Below are positions 9,770 to 21,208 of a stretch of 64,000 nucleotides of DNA, in pieces. The DNA lies in assembly GCA_965603825.1 (NCBI GenBank), contig CBFDEM010000027.1, positions 716,131 through 780,130 on the forward strand, read 5' to 3'. Every line of letters starts with the position of its first letter. Positions within the stretch are counted from its first letter, which is position 1. The translations under genes were made by a program, and so were the position numbers. The stretch comes from Blepharisma stoltei ATCC 30299. Taxonomy: Eukaryota; Protista; Ciliophora. The notes under the pieces are model-generated. The model ran no database searches. It saw only the letters and a program-made list of their open reading frames with translations, and had not been told where the DNA came from.

Positions 9770-12700
9770 ATGAGCTTTTACTCTGGCTCTGACGATAATT
9801 CTGACTATGGCGGGTTTGAACCGCAGGTCAGCTCAACTCGTAGGTCTTTAAGACAAAGACCTCAAAAGAAGTAATCAACTACACAGGTACACTGAGATAG
9901 ACTCTGATAGCGAAGACGAGATAGCAGGTGAAGAGACTTCTGAACTGGAAACCTGACAGGTCTTCCTTAATCCACCCATTGACCAAATCCTCGGTTTCTC
10001 AAATGAAAAGTACCTCGTCAAATACAAAGACCGCTCATATATCCACCTCAAATGGCTCACTGAGGAGGAAATCATTTCCGAGGGTCGCAATGGCAAACTT
10101 AAGCTCAATCGCTTCCTGAGGGAACGCATGAATCGACTTCCTGAAGAAGAAGGCAAATTCTTTGACCCAGCCTTTACAGACGTCGACCGGGTATTATTGA
10201 CCACAGAAATCTTCCCTGTTGTCCATCCCCGACAGGCAGCTCTCGTAACTGAGCGGTGGCAAGGCAAATGTGCAGGAATTCTTAGCAAAATTATGAATTT
10301 TAGGAGAAATGAATTCTGCTACGCTATACCTTTCTTATACCCTATTGAGCAGTCAGTCAATGGTGGAACTGAGTATTACAAGAAAGTAAGGTACCCAGTG
10401 GACTTTGTAACTATCCATAATCGCTTATACAATGGCTACTACACCTTGCCCATGGAATTTTGGAAAGACTTGGGCTTTGTCTTTAAAAACTGCCAATTGT
10501 TTAACCAAGATAGAGAAGCGGACATCAGGATCATTGGGGACACATTGAGGCAGCTGTCAGTTCACCTTTACAAACTCTGGCATGGCAGCACGACTGATGC
10601 AGGGCGATACACGCTCAAATGGGTCAGTTTGGTTCCCAATTATGACGTGACCAGTCCAGAGTTTCTTCAAGTCGATTTAGAAGCTGAAGAATTCACCCAG
10701 CAAGACGAAGAAGAAGATTTTAACCTAAATGAGCAGCATTTGTCTCAAGAAGAACTAGCGCAGATACAGCTGGAAGGGGAGACTGATAAGCTGTTCCTCG
10801 TCAAATGGAAAAATTTATCATATAAAGACTCCACATGGGAACCAGAAAGCCTAATCAATAACGCCGCCAAAATTTCTGATTACTATAGGTTTAACCGTGC
10901 ATTAGACACACAAGCGCGGCAAGAAATGACTGATTTAAACACAAACTTTACCAAAGTTATGGGCTACCTCGCTGCAGATGAGGCAAATAAGCGATATAGA
11001 GGCTATGGAAATTCACAGTTAATCCATTTATTGGACTCTATAGACTTCCCTACTTTTGATTCAAGGACCCAAATCCAGCAATTTATTATGTCCCCTGGGT
11101 TTAAGGACGGAAAACACCTCAGAGAGTACCAAGTTTTTGGGCTAAATTGGCTGCTTCGAAACTGAAGCGTCAAAAGAAATAGCATTTTGGCTGACGAAAT
11201 GGGCTTAGGGAAAACAGTCCAAATTGTAAGTTTTATTAATACACTAGTAAACTCTTATAAATTAAGAGGCCCGTATCTGGCTATAGCACCCCTTTCGACA
11301 CTTGCACATTGGAAAAAGACAGTAGAAGACTGGACAATGCTGAACTGTGTGGTTTATCATGACCCGAATGGCTCAGAAGGCAGAGAATTCTGCAATAAAT
11401 ATGAAAATTATTATATAGACATAATGAAAAGAGGAGGAGTCAGCGAAAAATCAAAACTGGTGAAATTCCATATAATGGTCACTTCCTATGAAGTCTTCAT
11501 GCAAGATTACAACAAATTCTTTGTCGATATCCCATGGCAATTAATTGCTATTGATGAAGCTCATAGGCTGAAAAACAAACAAGCCAAAATTTTAAGCTTT
11601 TTAAGAGAACTTCCTTGTAGGAGATTTGTATTGATGACTGGGACTCCTCTCCAGAATAACACAGAAGAGTTGTGGTCGCTACTGAATTTTATCCAGCCTC
11701 AAGATTTTGCTGACCTTAGTAACTTTTTATCTAAATATGGAAATTTAGAAACAAAAGAGCAAGTCGAGCAGCTTCAAGAAAACATCAAGCCTTATCTACT
11801 CCGAAGGCTCAAAGAAGAAGTAGAAAAGTCAATCCCCCCTCTTCAAGAAACCATTATCGACGTAGAGCTTACAAATATTCAAAAAACCTATTATCGTGCC
11901 ATTTACGAAAGAAACCGTTCTTTCCTATGCAGAGGCACCTTAACACCCCAGCTCACCAATATGGAAATCCAGCTGCGAAAATGCTGCAACCACCCATATC
12001 TAATCAAAGGTGTCGAACAAAGCCATGCTGCAGGACTTATCAGTGATGACGAAAAAATGAAGCGCATGATCGAAAGCTCAGGCAAAATGGTCCTCCTCGA
12101 CAAGCTGCTCCCCAGGCTAAAAGACCAAGGCAAAAAAGTCCTGATTTTTTCTCAATTTACCCAAATGTTGAATTTAATAGAAGAATACTTACGAATGAAA
12201 TTTTATAAGTTCGAAAGGCTGGACGGATCAGTCAAGGCTACAGACAGACAAGCTTCTATAGAAAGATTTAACACAGAAGAACAAAATATTGACATTTTCT
12301 TATTATCAACTAGAGCAGGAGGACTCGGGATTAATTTGACGTCAGCTCAGGTAGTCATTATTTTTGATAGTGACTGGAACCCTCAGAATGATGTACAAGC
12401 TACTGCAAGAGCCCATAGAATTGGCCAAAAACAAGAAGTCCAGGTATACAGGCTGATTACTGCAAGAACTTATGAAGCAGAAATGTTTGAAAGGGCTTCA
12501 AGAAAACTAGGCCTTGACCAAGCTGTGTTTGCAAGAGATAATAAAGCGGAAATTGAAAATCTGCTGAAATTTGGAGCTTATAGCATATATGAAGAAGACT
12601 CAGGCAGAAGTCAACAGTTCATTGAGTCTAATATTGACCAAATCTTGCAGACCAATACAAGAATAGTTGACTACAATTTAATCAAAAATTCTTATTCCTT

Positions 12701-14099
12701 TTCCAAAAGTTCTTTTGTGTCGCATGGGTCTGATACCAGTATAAATATAGATGACCCTAATTTTTGGAATAAAGTGCTGCCACCACAGACGTCGCTGTCG
12801 TCAAGACTATTAACCAAGCTTAATGACCGCAGCTTTACGGTGGAGTCACAAGGAGAAGAATTCATGCAAGAATTAGAGTTGGCGGTAAATGAGGTCATGG
12901 CGTCAAAAACTAATATAGAAACCCATAATATTGAAGAAGAAGAAATTCTGACGTCTTTGCTGTTCCAGGTTACACAGACCAAACAGTTTGCAAAAGGGAC
13001 AAGACAGCTGGCGCTGCAGTGGATGAATGAGCTTACAAGGCCTTTAAGAAACCGATCAAGTAGAAATAAGCCAGATTCTCCACAAATTATGAGCGAAAGT
13101 GAAGATGAAAGCGGCGAAGAAAAAAACAGGAAAAAAATCACAAGCTTCGGAGGGACTGGAATCATATGTGCCCACTGTGAAAAAGAAGGCTGCGGATGAA
13201 TTTGTGCTGGCCCATGCAAAAGAGGATACCATGACCAATGCAAAGATAAAGAGCTTGACCTAAATCACGACTCAAATCTCCCAGAAGATGAAGAAGACAA
13301 CATAGCTGAACGCTTAGGCTGGAAATGCCACGACTGCACCAAAAACAAAGCTGCCTGCTTTGTATGTGGCAAAAAAGGACCATTCGCAGGACACCAAAAA
13401 GAAGGCAAAAACTACGAAATCGTCGTCAAATGCTCACTTAACAACTGTGGGAAATTTTTCCACCTTTCCTGCTTAGCAACTAAGCATAAAAAACGCTTCA
13501 TTTGTCCTTGGCATTACTGTGGGATCTGCAAAGCTTCAGGAAACTCGAAATCCTTACTCCAGTGTTCTCGCTGTCCTAATGCATTCCACTTACGCTGCTA
13601 TACCAGAAAAATAGTCCGACTAAACAAAAGGTACATTGTCTGCCACCAACATAAGCAGCCGCAGCGACCACCAATTTATCCATCCCATAAAGCCCAGCAT
13701 AAAGAAAACGTAAAAGCACTAAAAGAAAAACTAAGCGAGCTGTGGAATAAATATAGCCATTTAAGCATAACAGAAGAAGAAAAAAAGGCTGGAGAACCAA
13801 GGAAAAAGAAAAAAGTCGCCTCAGAAGAGCAAGCTAATGAAATTTACCAGAAATATGGACTGTGTTTACCAGAGGATTTTGACTACAAAAATTGCAGAGA
13901 TGAGTGGTGCAGATTCTGTGGGGCGAGGAAGTCAGCTTCTTTTGGACCTGGACCCTGGGGGAAGAAGATGCTTTGTATGGCACATGCATCTGCTTGGAAA
14001 AGCAAAAAAACATTAAATTTGTCAAGTTATAAAGATGTGCCTGAGGTTCCAATTGATTTGTCGAAGAACACTGAGCTCAATTATTTGCTAAGGTTATAA
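9770..14099 (+). CDS. CHD-family SNF2 chromatin remodeller (chromo, bromo, SNF2 ATPase, PHD fingers, GATA-like finger), ~1437 aa, one intron
   Basis: ATG 9770; intron 9871-9886 restores frame; chromo KYLVKYKDRSYIHLKW; bromodomain; FLVKWKNLSYKDSTWE; WLLRN-W(TGA)-..SILADEMGLGKT, DEAH, TGTPLQN, QATARAHRIGQ; Cys/His fingers from ~13165; TAA 14097-14099. Confidence 0.92.
9871..9886 (+). other. 16-nt spliceosomal intron (gtaatcaactacacag)
   Basis: GT..AG, A at -6; removal deletes an in-frame TAA and joins the ATG-9770 exon to the chromodomain frame. Confidence 0.88.
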
Positions 14100-14117
14100 T
14101 AGATAATTTTAATTATT

Positions 14118-14525
14118 ATGTCAATTTTTGGAGGATTTGGGACAAGAGCCCAAGAGAGCCAGTACAACTATTTGGTCGCAGCTTTGATAAACTTATTGCA
14201 AGCCAAGGCAAATGGGCTATTAAAAGGCACTGAAACTGTAGACGAATTATTTAAGCAGCAAGCAATACAGTTATATGATGCCATGGTGGCATTTGAAAGA
14301 CATAAATATTTATTACCCAAATTTTCTGAAGCGTATAAAGACATGATAGATGGATTTAAAGTAGAGACTATGAGCGAATTACGATTAACAAATATTCAGG
14401 AACTGCATACACCTTTGCTGTCGGTTGAGCTTAATGATCCTGAAAGAGATGAGTCAGGAAACCTAGTCTCGGCCAAAAAAATTAAGAGAAAAATCACTAT
14501 TCTTAAAAGTAATAGACCTAAATAA
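14118..14525 (+). CDS. Hypothetical protein, 135 aa
   Basis: ATG..TAA ORF with coding-like composition; starts 18 bp after the CHD stop. Confidence 0.7.
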   Translation: MSIFGGFGTRAQESQYNYLVAALINLLQAKANGLLKGTETVDELFKQQAIQLYDAMVAFERHKYLLPKFSEAYKDMIDGFKVETMSELRLTNIQELHTPLLSVELNDPERDESGNLVSAKKIKRKITILKSNRPK

Positions 14526-14776
14526 GAGTGTAAATGGAATAATTGAACAAAAGAATATGTATAAGTAAATTTTAGAAAAAATTATTTAGATTTTAAAGGC
14601 AGCGCCTGGTTAATGTTGCGGGTAAAATAAATAAAAGAAATAGTGAATTGGATGCTAAAAGCAGCTTAAATTTTAATTTTGTAAATTTTGACTTTTAACT
14701 TAATTTTAAGTATCCAAAAATGGATACATTTTTTACGTATCTTGAGTAAGTTTTAATTTCATTAAATACTAATAAA

Positions 14777-15202
14777 CTAGCACTCTTGAAATGCTAAACT
14801 TTCAAGATGGTGATCCCAATCGTCGATACTTATTAAAAACTCGCTTTTTTCAGCACTTTCTGTGTTACTTGTATCTGAATCTTGCCCAATTTCTTCAAAA
14901 ATCCCTGTATCTTGGCTTAGATTAATTTCTGTATTCTCAATGAACTCATCAAAAATACTCAAATCGACGCAGCATTGCACTGCAATTTCTTTCTTAAGGT
15001 TCTTTTTCCTAGGCTTTTTCGGCACAAAACTTTTTGCGTTGACCTTTTGATGATGGGATCTGCATTGATTGGCGGACCTTGTCCCTACAAACTCAGCGAC
15101 TTCAGCTCAGGACCCATAATTTTGAGCCATAGCAAGCTTATACCTTTCGTGCTCTGACTTTGTCCAGCGTCCTTTGGTGTGAGTAAGATTTTCAGCAGAC
15201 AT
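14777..15202 (-). CDS. Single-repeat Myb (SHAQKYF-like) DNA-binding protein, 141 aa
   Basis: MSAENLTHTKGRWTKSEHERYKLAMAQNYGS-W(TGA)-AEVAEFVGTRSANQCRSHHQK, in frame with track ORF 14777-15025; TGA lies at the conserved second Myb Trp. Confidence 0.88.
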
Positions 15203-15391
15203 ATCTAACTTTAAATAAATTAATGCAAAAAATTTCTTAATTTGCAATAAGTGATTAAATATTTTTATAAGCCAATCAGATTACTATTATTTATAAGAAA
15301 AGTACTCTATTCAAGATTTTTAGGTTTTAATTAAATTTCTCTATTTAAATTGTGATAAATTTGATTTATAAAGATTTACTATAAATATTAT

Positions 15392-18058
15392 CTAGGAACT
15401 AAAAAGTTGGCACAAGTGAACATAGTCTACACATTGATCCAGCTCTTCAAATCTCTGCGAAATCAGCAGCAAGTTCGCTATATGCGTCGTATCAAACCCA
15501 AGCTCTCGATCATTTAAAATTGTTTTGAAAATATCATAGTCAATTTCTCCAGTGTTTTCCTCATCCCACTGCCTCAAAAAGTCAAATAAATCAATATTCC
15601 TGTAATCAAGATGATACCTAATATCAACAATCGCATCCAGTTCGGCTACAGACAAGTAAGAAGCTGATAAGCTTGTATTTTGTTCAATTGAGCAGCTTGA
15701 CAATAAATAAAACAAGTGGCTTTCAAACTGGTGCTGGCCCGCAAAGCAATTTGCACAAAAATGGATTCTGCAGAGCTTGCAAAGCCTGTCAGCAAGTCTC
15801 CCACACTGTTCACAGTTATGCCAATTTTCTTCTCTTTGGGTACTACTTCGGTTCCTTGCAGAAGAAATAGCTTCTTGAGCTTCTTCGGCTTCTTTTTTTA
15901 ACTTATTTTTCAGTTTGATAGCTTTGTTCATCTTAAAAAGGCTTTGGATTTTGATGGCTGCATCATTTTTCTTGTTTTTTCTATAAACTACGAACTTTTT
16001 GAAATTTCTTGTAATTATTCTAGCAGCCGCAGCCCTTCTTAGCCTTTCTTTTCTATACCTAATCCTATTTATAAATCTTTTTACCCCAGCTTGAATAATA
16101 ATAATTGCAATAAGCTTATTTTCCACATCCAATTTTTTCTCAACCGTCTCTAGCTTATCTTTCTTTATGCTTTTTTTTGCAATTTCTGCCTGTTTGGTCT
16201 CCACATCTGAATTTAAATGTGCAGTCGCAATATTTTTATCAATAAGCTGCTGTTTTAACTCATTAACCTGCATAGACTGCTGGGCTAAGTCATTTTCTAC
16301 TTGGTTCCAGACTTCTTCTTTTAACGCTGAATATTTTTTCACTTTTTCTTCTAGCTGAGTCGAAATCGACGTGTCTGGGGTTCTTTTTATATTTAAGTCA
16401 TTTAGCAGCTTTTCTAGATCTTTTATTTGTTGAATTAATTTTTTTTCTGAAGGGAGTTTTGTGCTTAATTTATTTACCAAATTTGGGATATCTTTTTTGA
16501 GCATTCTCCCTTTAAGTCTCATATCCAAAATTTCTTCTTCAAATACAATAGGGTTATTTATGTCAAGATTCCCTACAATGGCTCGGTATTCTTTTTGTAC
16601 AGCCAGTTTTGGGTTTAAAATGGTGATAAATTCTTCGTTAGAAATCACCCCATCACTATTTTTATCAAGCTCTTGGATCATCAGCTGCTTATCTTGGTCT
16701 GTCAATCTCACTTGGATTCTGGGCAGCCCATCTCTTATTTCTGCCAAAGTAAGGACTTTGTCATTATCACTATCCAGCTGCTCAAAAATATCTTGGACAC
16801 TTGCCCCTTGTTTCTCGATTTTTTCTATCACTACATCTAGAGGATTTTCTTTTAAAATATCAGCATTTACGTCTTCCAATTTTTCAATGGTGTCATAAAT
16901 CCCTGTTTGTGGCATCATCCCAGCTCTCACGTATTTTCCATTGTTTACTTTAACTACAGCTTTTGTAGGCTCTAAAATTTTGATTTTTTCTTTCAGCTCA
17001 TTCTGTTTGGCAAGCTCTTCATTTTTTAAGTCATTAAGTTTAAGCTGCTGTTGTAGCAGCTCTATGTATTTTTTGCAAAGTTTTCTTGTTTCTTCATGAT
17101 AGTCGATTTCTCCTCTTATGCAGTCTTTTCCGCTTGCTAAAATATTTTGGGATTTTTCTGTGTTTTTAAGCTCTTCTTGGACTTCTTTTATGATAAACTC
17201 TTCGCTGATCATTGAGGAAAGGATAGTTAAAGCTTGCAACATAGAGCCTGATAGAGAGCCAGCTGATAGTTTTCCTTTGCCGCCTGTAGTATCATTTTCA
17301 GCTAGCTGATGCAGCTTGTAACGCTTTTCACCTAAGCTGCGTGGCTGAGGAACTGGAGGTGGTGGTGGCGCGATTTTTTCACGTTTTTCTGCTGGGGGAG
17401 GTTTATTGTACTCCCTTTCACGCTTGATAAGATTTTTTTGAAGCTGCTTCATGTCTTCGATTTCTTTTTGAGCCTTTGCTTTATTTTCGTTCATAAGTGG
17501 TCTTATTGCGTTTAAGGACTCCTTATGGGCTTGTTCTCGATTTATTTGGTCTTGCTTTCGCTGAATTGAGCTTGATAATGATTGAGACTTTTCAAGAGAA
17601 TTTAAATTCAGATTTGTAGATGGAGCAGCGCCAGGAGCTGCTGATTCTGTGCCTTTTACCGGTTTTTCTAGCTGAAAACCAGTAAAAGCTTCTGCTTTCT
17701 TTTCTTTTTGCTGTGCTTTTTTAACAGTTTGCTTCTTTGCAGGAATTTTAGGCGGATTTGGCTTTTTTGTAACTTTTTTTTGAGATTTTTTAGCAGCTTC
17801 TTCTTGCTTTAATTTATTCAGTGCATTTTGGGCTTTAGCCAAGCGGTCTTCTTGCTTCTTGATTTCTTCATGAGTTGGCTGTGATGGGCTTTCTTCAAAA
17901 GATCGTTCACTAATTGCTTTGACTTCAGTTTGGTATCGAGATGGAGGCAAGTTCAGCTCAACGCCTGGAGGTAAATCTCTATTAGAAGCGGAGACTGAGA
18001 ATGATATTGAGTCATCTTCGAATTCTTCTTCTATATAGTCTATTTCTTCATCACTCAT
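15392..18058 (-). CDS. Coiled-coil protein with EF-hand pair, IQ motifs, B-box zinc finger and C-terminal EF-hands (888 aa)
   Basis: DSDNDKVLTLAE and DKNSDGVISNEE EF loops; IQAGVKRF and IQSLFKM IQ motifs; CEQC..CKLC..CANC..H..H B-box; DEENTGEIDYDI. Confidence 0.85.
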   Translation of the reverse strand: MSDEEIDYIEEEFEDDSISFSVSASNRDLPPGVELNLPPSRYQTEVKAISERSFEESPSQPTHEEIKKQEDRLAKAQNALNKLKQEEAAKKSQKKVTKKPNPPKIPAKKQTVKKAQQKEKKAEAFTGFQLEKPVKGTESAAPGAAPSTNLNLNSLEKSQSLSSSIQRKQDQINREQAHKESLNAIRPLMNENKAKAQKEIEDMKQLQKNLIKREREYNKPPPAEKREKIAPPPPPVPQPRSLGEKRYKLHQLAENDTTGGKGKLSAGSLSGSMLQALTILSSMISEEFIIKEVQEELKNTEKSQNILASGKDCIRGEIDYHEETRKLCKKYIELLQQQLKLNDLKNEELAKQNELKEKIKILEPTKAVVKVNNGKYVRAGMMPQTGIYDTIEKLEDVNADILKENPLDVVIEKIEKQGASVQDIFEQLDSDNDKVLTLAEIRDGLPRIQVRLTDQDKQLMIQELDKNSDGVISNEEFITILNPKLAVQKEYRAIVGNLDINNPIVFEEEILDMRLKGRMLKKDIPNLVNKLSTKLPSEKKLIQQIKDLEKLLNDLNIKRTPDTSISTQLEEKVKKYSALKEEVWNQVENDLAQQSMQVNELKQQLIDKNIATAHLNSDVETKQAEIAKKSIKKDKLETVEKKLDVENKLIAIIIIQAGVKRFINRIRYRKERLRRAAAARIITRNFKKFVVYRKNKKNDAAIKIQSLFKMNKAIKLKNKLKKEAEEAQEAISSARNRSSTQREENWHNCEQCGRLADRLCKLCRIHFCANCFAGQHQFESHLFYLLSSCSIEQNTSLSASYLSVAELDAIVDIRYHLDYRNIDLFDFLRQWDEENTGEIDYDIFKTILNDRELGFDTTHIANLLLISQRFEELDQCVDYVHLCQLFSS

Positions 18059-18520
18059 TATATATTTAAAGGAAACTTGAATAAGCTCATTTAGTCTATT
18101 GCAATAGCAGACTTCGCGAGAATTATTTATTTAAAATAAATCTGAACTGCATATCTAAACATTATAACTTATTCCTTTTATATTAAGGAATTAAATTAAT
18201 ATTATTTGTGATAATCCAAAAAATCATAGCTAATGAAGAGAGTAAGGTGAAATCCAAATAATAATTAGCTAAAAATTTAAAATAAGTCTGAAACATATAT
18301 ATATGTGAAAAATAGTTATAATAGTATCTTTGTGTTTTTTATCATTCAATTTTTTGAGCTTAAAAGTTGGGTGCAGGTCTGACTGGAGGAAGTTATTCAT
18401 TTAGCATGGAGCCTTAAAATTTAGCTTCAGGTTGTGAAATGTGTATTTAGCACTTAAAATCCAATAAATTTAAGCTTAATTAAAAATCACTTTCAATATT
18501 TTGGGGCTATATAATAGAAT

Positions 18521-19937
18521 TTAGCTCAGCTTCACTGTCATCAATCACTCCCAATCAATCAGGAAGTTCAGAAAGTTCCTCTGTAATGAGATACTTATTG
18601 CATTAGAAGAATCAACAATGACAAGTGAAGATCAGGGCAGAGTTCAACGCCCTAAGGAGGGAGATCTGGCTGTATACTACCCTCTGCATAGCAATGAACA
18701 AGAATTTTTTCATTCCTATTAACCGAAAAATCAATAAATTCGATTGCTTTATCAAAATGCTTCGCAATGTCTTCTGTTTCTTTATCCTTCACTTTCAAAT
18801 AAAAATAATAAAATCCACTTAATAAGTCAACTTTCTCATTGTCTAAAACTCTGAGAATGTTTTTAATCCCGACCTCTTTAAGCATGTTTTCATTAGTTGC
18901 AGCTAAAATGTTTCCTAGGAAGATATTTGTTGTAATTTCATCCATATAATTTATAAATTGAGAATTTTTTCAATAGCCAAGTAGATAATATTGCTTATTT
19001 GGCGGGTATAATCGGTATTCACCAACATGGTTACCTTTGTTTCACTGACATTCCCATTTATGACCTTGAAATAGAAGAGTCCCAAACCCTTGTCTTTTTC
19101 CATGAGAAAATTCACCAATATACGTTCGGCCATTCTTCTTTGTTAACTTTCCTTTTCCCTGATAATAGCCATTTTTAAACTCGCCTTCATATTCGACACC
19201 AACATCAATCCTCTTAAGGTAGCCATATCCTGTAAATTCACCATTTACATAGTTTCCTTTTATAATCACTTTTCAGGATAGAGCTCCTCTCCATATCCAT
19301 TTTTTAAATCATTTTCGAAATTTCCTTCAAAGCGAATTCGATAATCCTCCAAAATCCCATGCCCATTTCTTTTATTGTTAGCTCAAGTGCCGGTGTATGT
19401 TTTTCCACCTCAATATATCATAACTCCGTTGCCATGCTTTTCTCCCTGGCTTCAGTCTCCATCGTAAGCACCATTTTTTGTGTCAATCATTCTACCTTTT
19501 CCATGGAATTTTCCAAATTCTCAAGACCCCTCATATACACAACAAAACGATACTAAAACTCCGACCCCATGAGGAATTTTTAATTCATTTATTTCTCCGT
19601 AATAAAAGTTATAAAAATCATCAGTGATTGGTCCAACCCATAATTTATTAGCTATTTCTTCAGGTTTAAAGCGCATTCCAGTCGTTTCTAGATGATCTAA
19701 GATTATTTTGTGAATATAAGAATTGAAATGATTTTTGAATAGCGAAAAAGTAGTAAATACTTCAAAATGTGAGGCTGGAAGATTTTCTTTTATTAAGGAA
19801 AATAAGGCCCGAATATGATAAGTTCTGAACAGCGACTGAACTGCTACTAAGTTGCTTTTTATTGAAGGAGGTTCGAAGTTTTCGTTGCGGTCAATAAGCA
19901 GATCAGGATCTTCAGTCTTGTTTGAGATAATTGACAT
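18521..19937 (-). pseudogene. Disrupted IQ-like/MORN-repeat/dual-specificity phosphatase fusion gene
   Basis: MORN repeats read through TGA to a TAA at 19260-19262 (apparent 1-nt deletion) and resume in another frame. That frame runs through TGAs into the DUSP domain (MDEITTNIFLGN...ILVHCYA), then shifts again at the catalytic loop; remnant ARSPS...NFLNFLIDWE to TAA 18521. Confidence 0.7.
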
Positions 19938-21208
19938 ATTTTTTATCGTAAGGATTAAGGGGCTAAGTTCTTATCACTTAATCCCCTGCATCAATAGGGG
20001 AGGAGCTGGCAAAGTAGCATATAATTCCGCATAGAAAAGCTTAATATATAGCAAATATATTAAATAAGTTATCTTTATTACATCTCTAGTTAATATACAA
20101 AATTAACGAAATCCAGCAGATCAAAATTTTTAAACGATATCCTCAAAAGTACTATAAGCATGCCAGCTTATCTCTTTAATGCAAGAAACTAAAGCTTAGT
20201 ATTAGGAAAAGTATAATAAAGTTGTAAAATAAAGACAGCAAGGAGCATAGGTTGAAAAAGATAGGAATATAAAGCAGAAGAAGCCAGATATTGCTATGAG
20301 CAATAATGAGGACTGAAGCTGATATGATATTGCTCCAATATGACTCTAATTATTTGTTGGAAGCCATGCAAAGACTTTCCTATTTTAAAATTTCAATTAC
20401 TTTGTCATGCTAATTCATAATATCATAGATATCGTTTTCTTACAGGCTTTTGCGTCAGAAGGAATAAAATGGTTCTTATAGGTAAGTTTAATGAAATGAG
20501 AGAGCCATTGAGATGATTAAAGTAATTGCAAAGTTAAAAAATCTGAGAAAATTTAAAATCTCTGTGAAAATTGATTTGCTTGAGAAAGGATCCGCACTAC
20601 TTTTAATTCTGAAAAGGATTTTTAAATTAATCCTCGTTAATTTTTTTTATATACTTTAAATATTGATAAATATATCATCTATATCATAGTGCTATTCATC
20701 TTTACCCTTTTCCAATCTTCCTATCAAAATAAATTAATTTTTATTTATTATTTATAATTCCATTTGACACTACATTTAAAAATTGCATGAAACTTAAAAG
20801 AAAAATCAATCGTCGAGCTCATAGTCAAAACAATATTAAAAAAGAAAAATAAAATTCCTTCAAGCTTTATATCTTTAATGCATAAAGTTTTTTTTTGAAT
20901 TTTCCTTACCAATCAATTAAATAAGCTATTCTTCTTAAAAACTTTCTCAATATCATTTTAAAGCCCATTTCGCAGTCCTATTTGCCTCCCAAACCTTTTT
21001 TTAGTCTTAACATAACCTTACCCTAAAAATTCAAAATCTATTCCGGTTTTTGAATTTTTCCCTCCACCAATCGAAATCTCTTTTCTTCCGATCATCCCCC
21101 TCCAAATCTTAGGCGAAACTCTTCCGCTTTGATTTTTTTGCGGTTTTTCTGCCCCAATACCCACACATGCATATTTGCTTATCGAGATACTTCAGATATA
21201 TTTAAAAA

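Noticed and set aside
14710-14727. Perfect 7-bp inverted repeat GTATCCA-AAAA-TGGATAC between convergent genes
   Set aside because: Expected by chance in AT-rich DNA; intrinsic terminators do not apply to Pol II genes.
18666-18680. Candidate 15-nt intron gtagtatacagccag (minus strand) at the DUSP catalytic loop
   Set aside because: Splicing keeps the frame, still hits TAG at 18652 and does not restore HCx5R.
19255-19270. Euplotes-like +2 programmed frameshift at TTA_TAA
   Set aside because: A 1-nt deletion from TAT/TAC restores the canonical MORN Tyr and spacing; the gene has a second unrelated lesion; such frameshifting is known from euplotids, not heterotrichs.
20100-20350. Hydrophobic minus-strand fragment (LLLIAISGFFCFIFLSFSTYAPCC), tetraspanin-like
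   Set aside because: Short, bounded by TAA/TAG, no start or splice path found; at most a decayed remnant.
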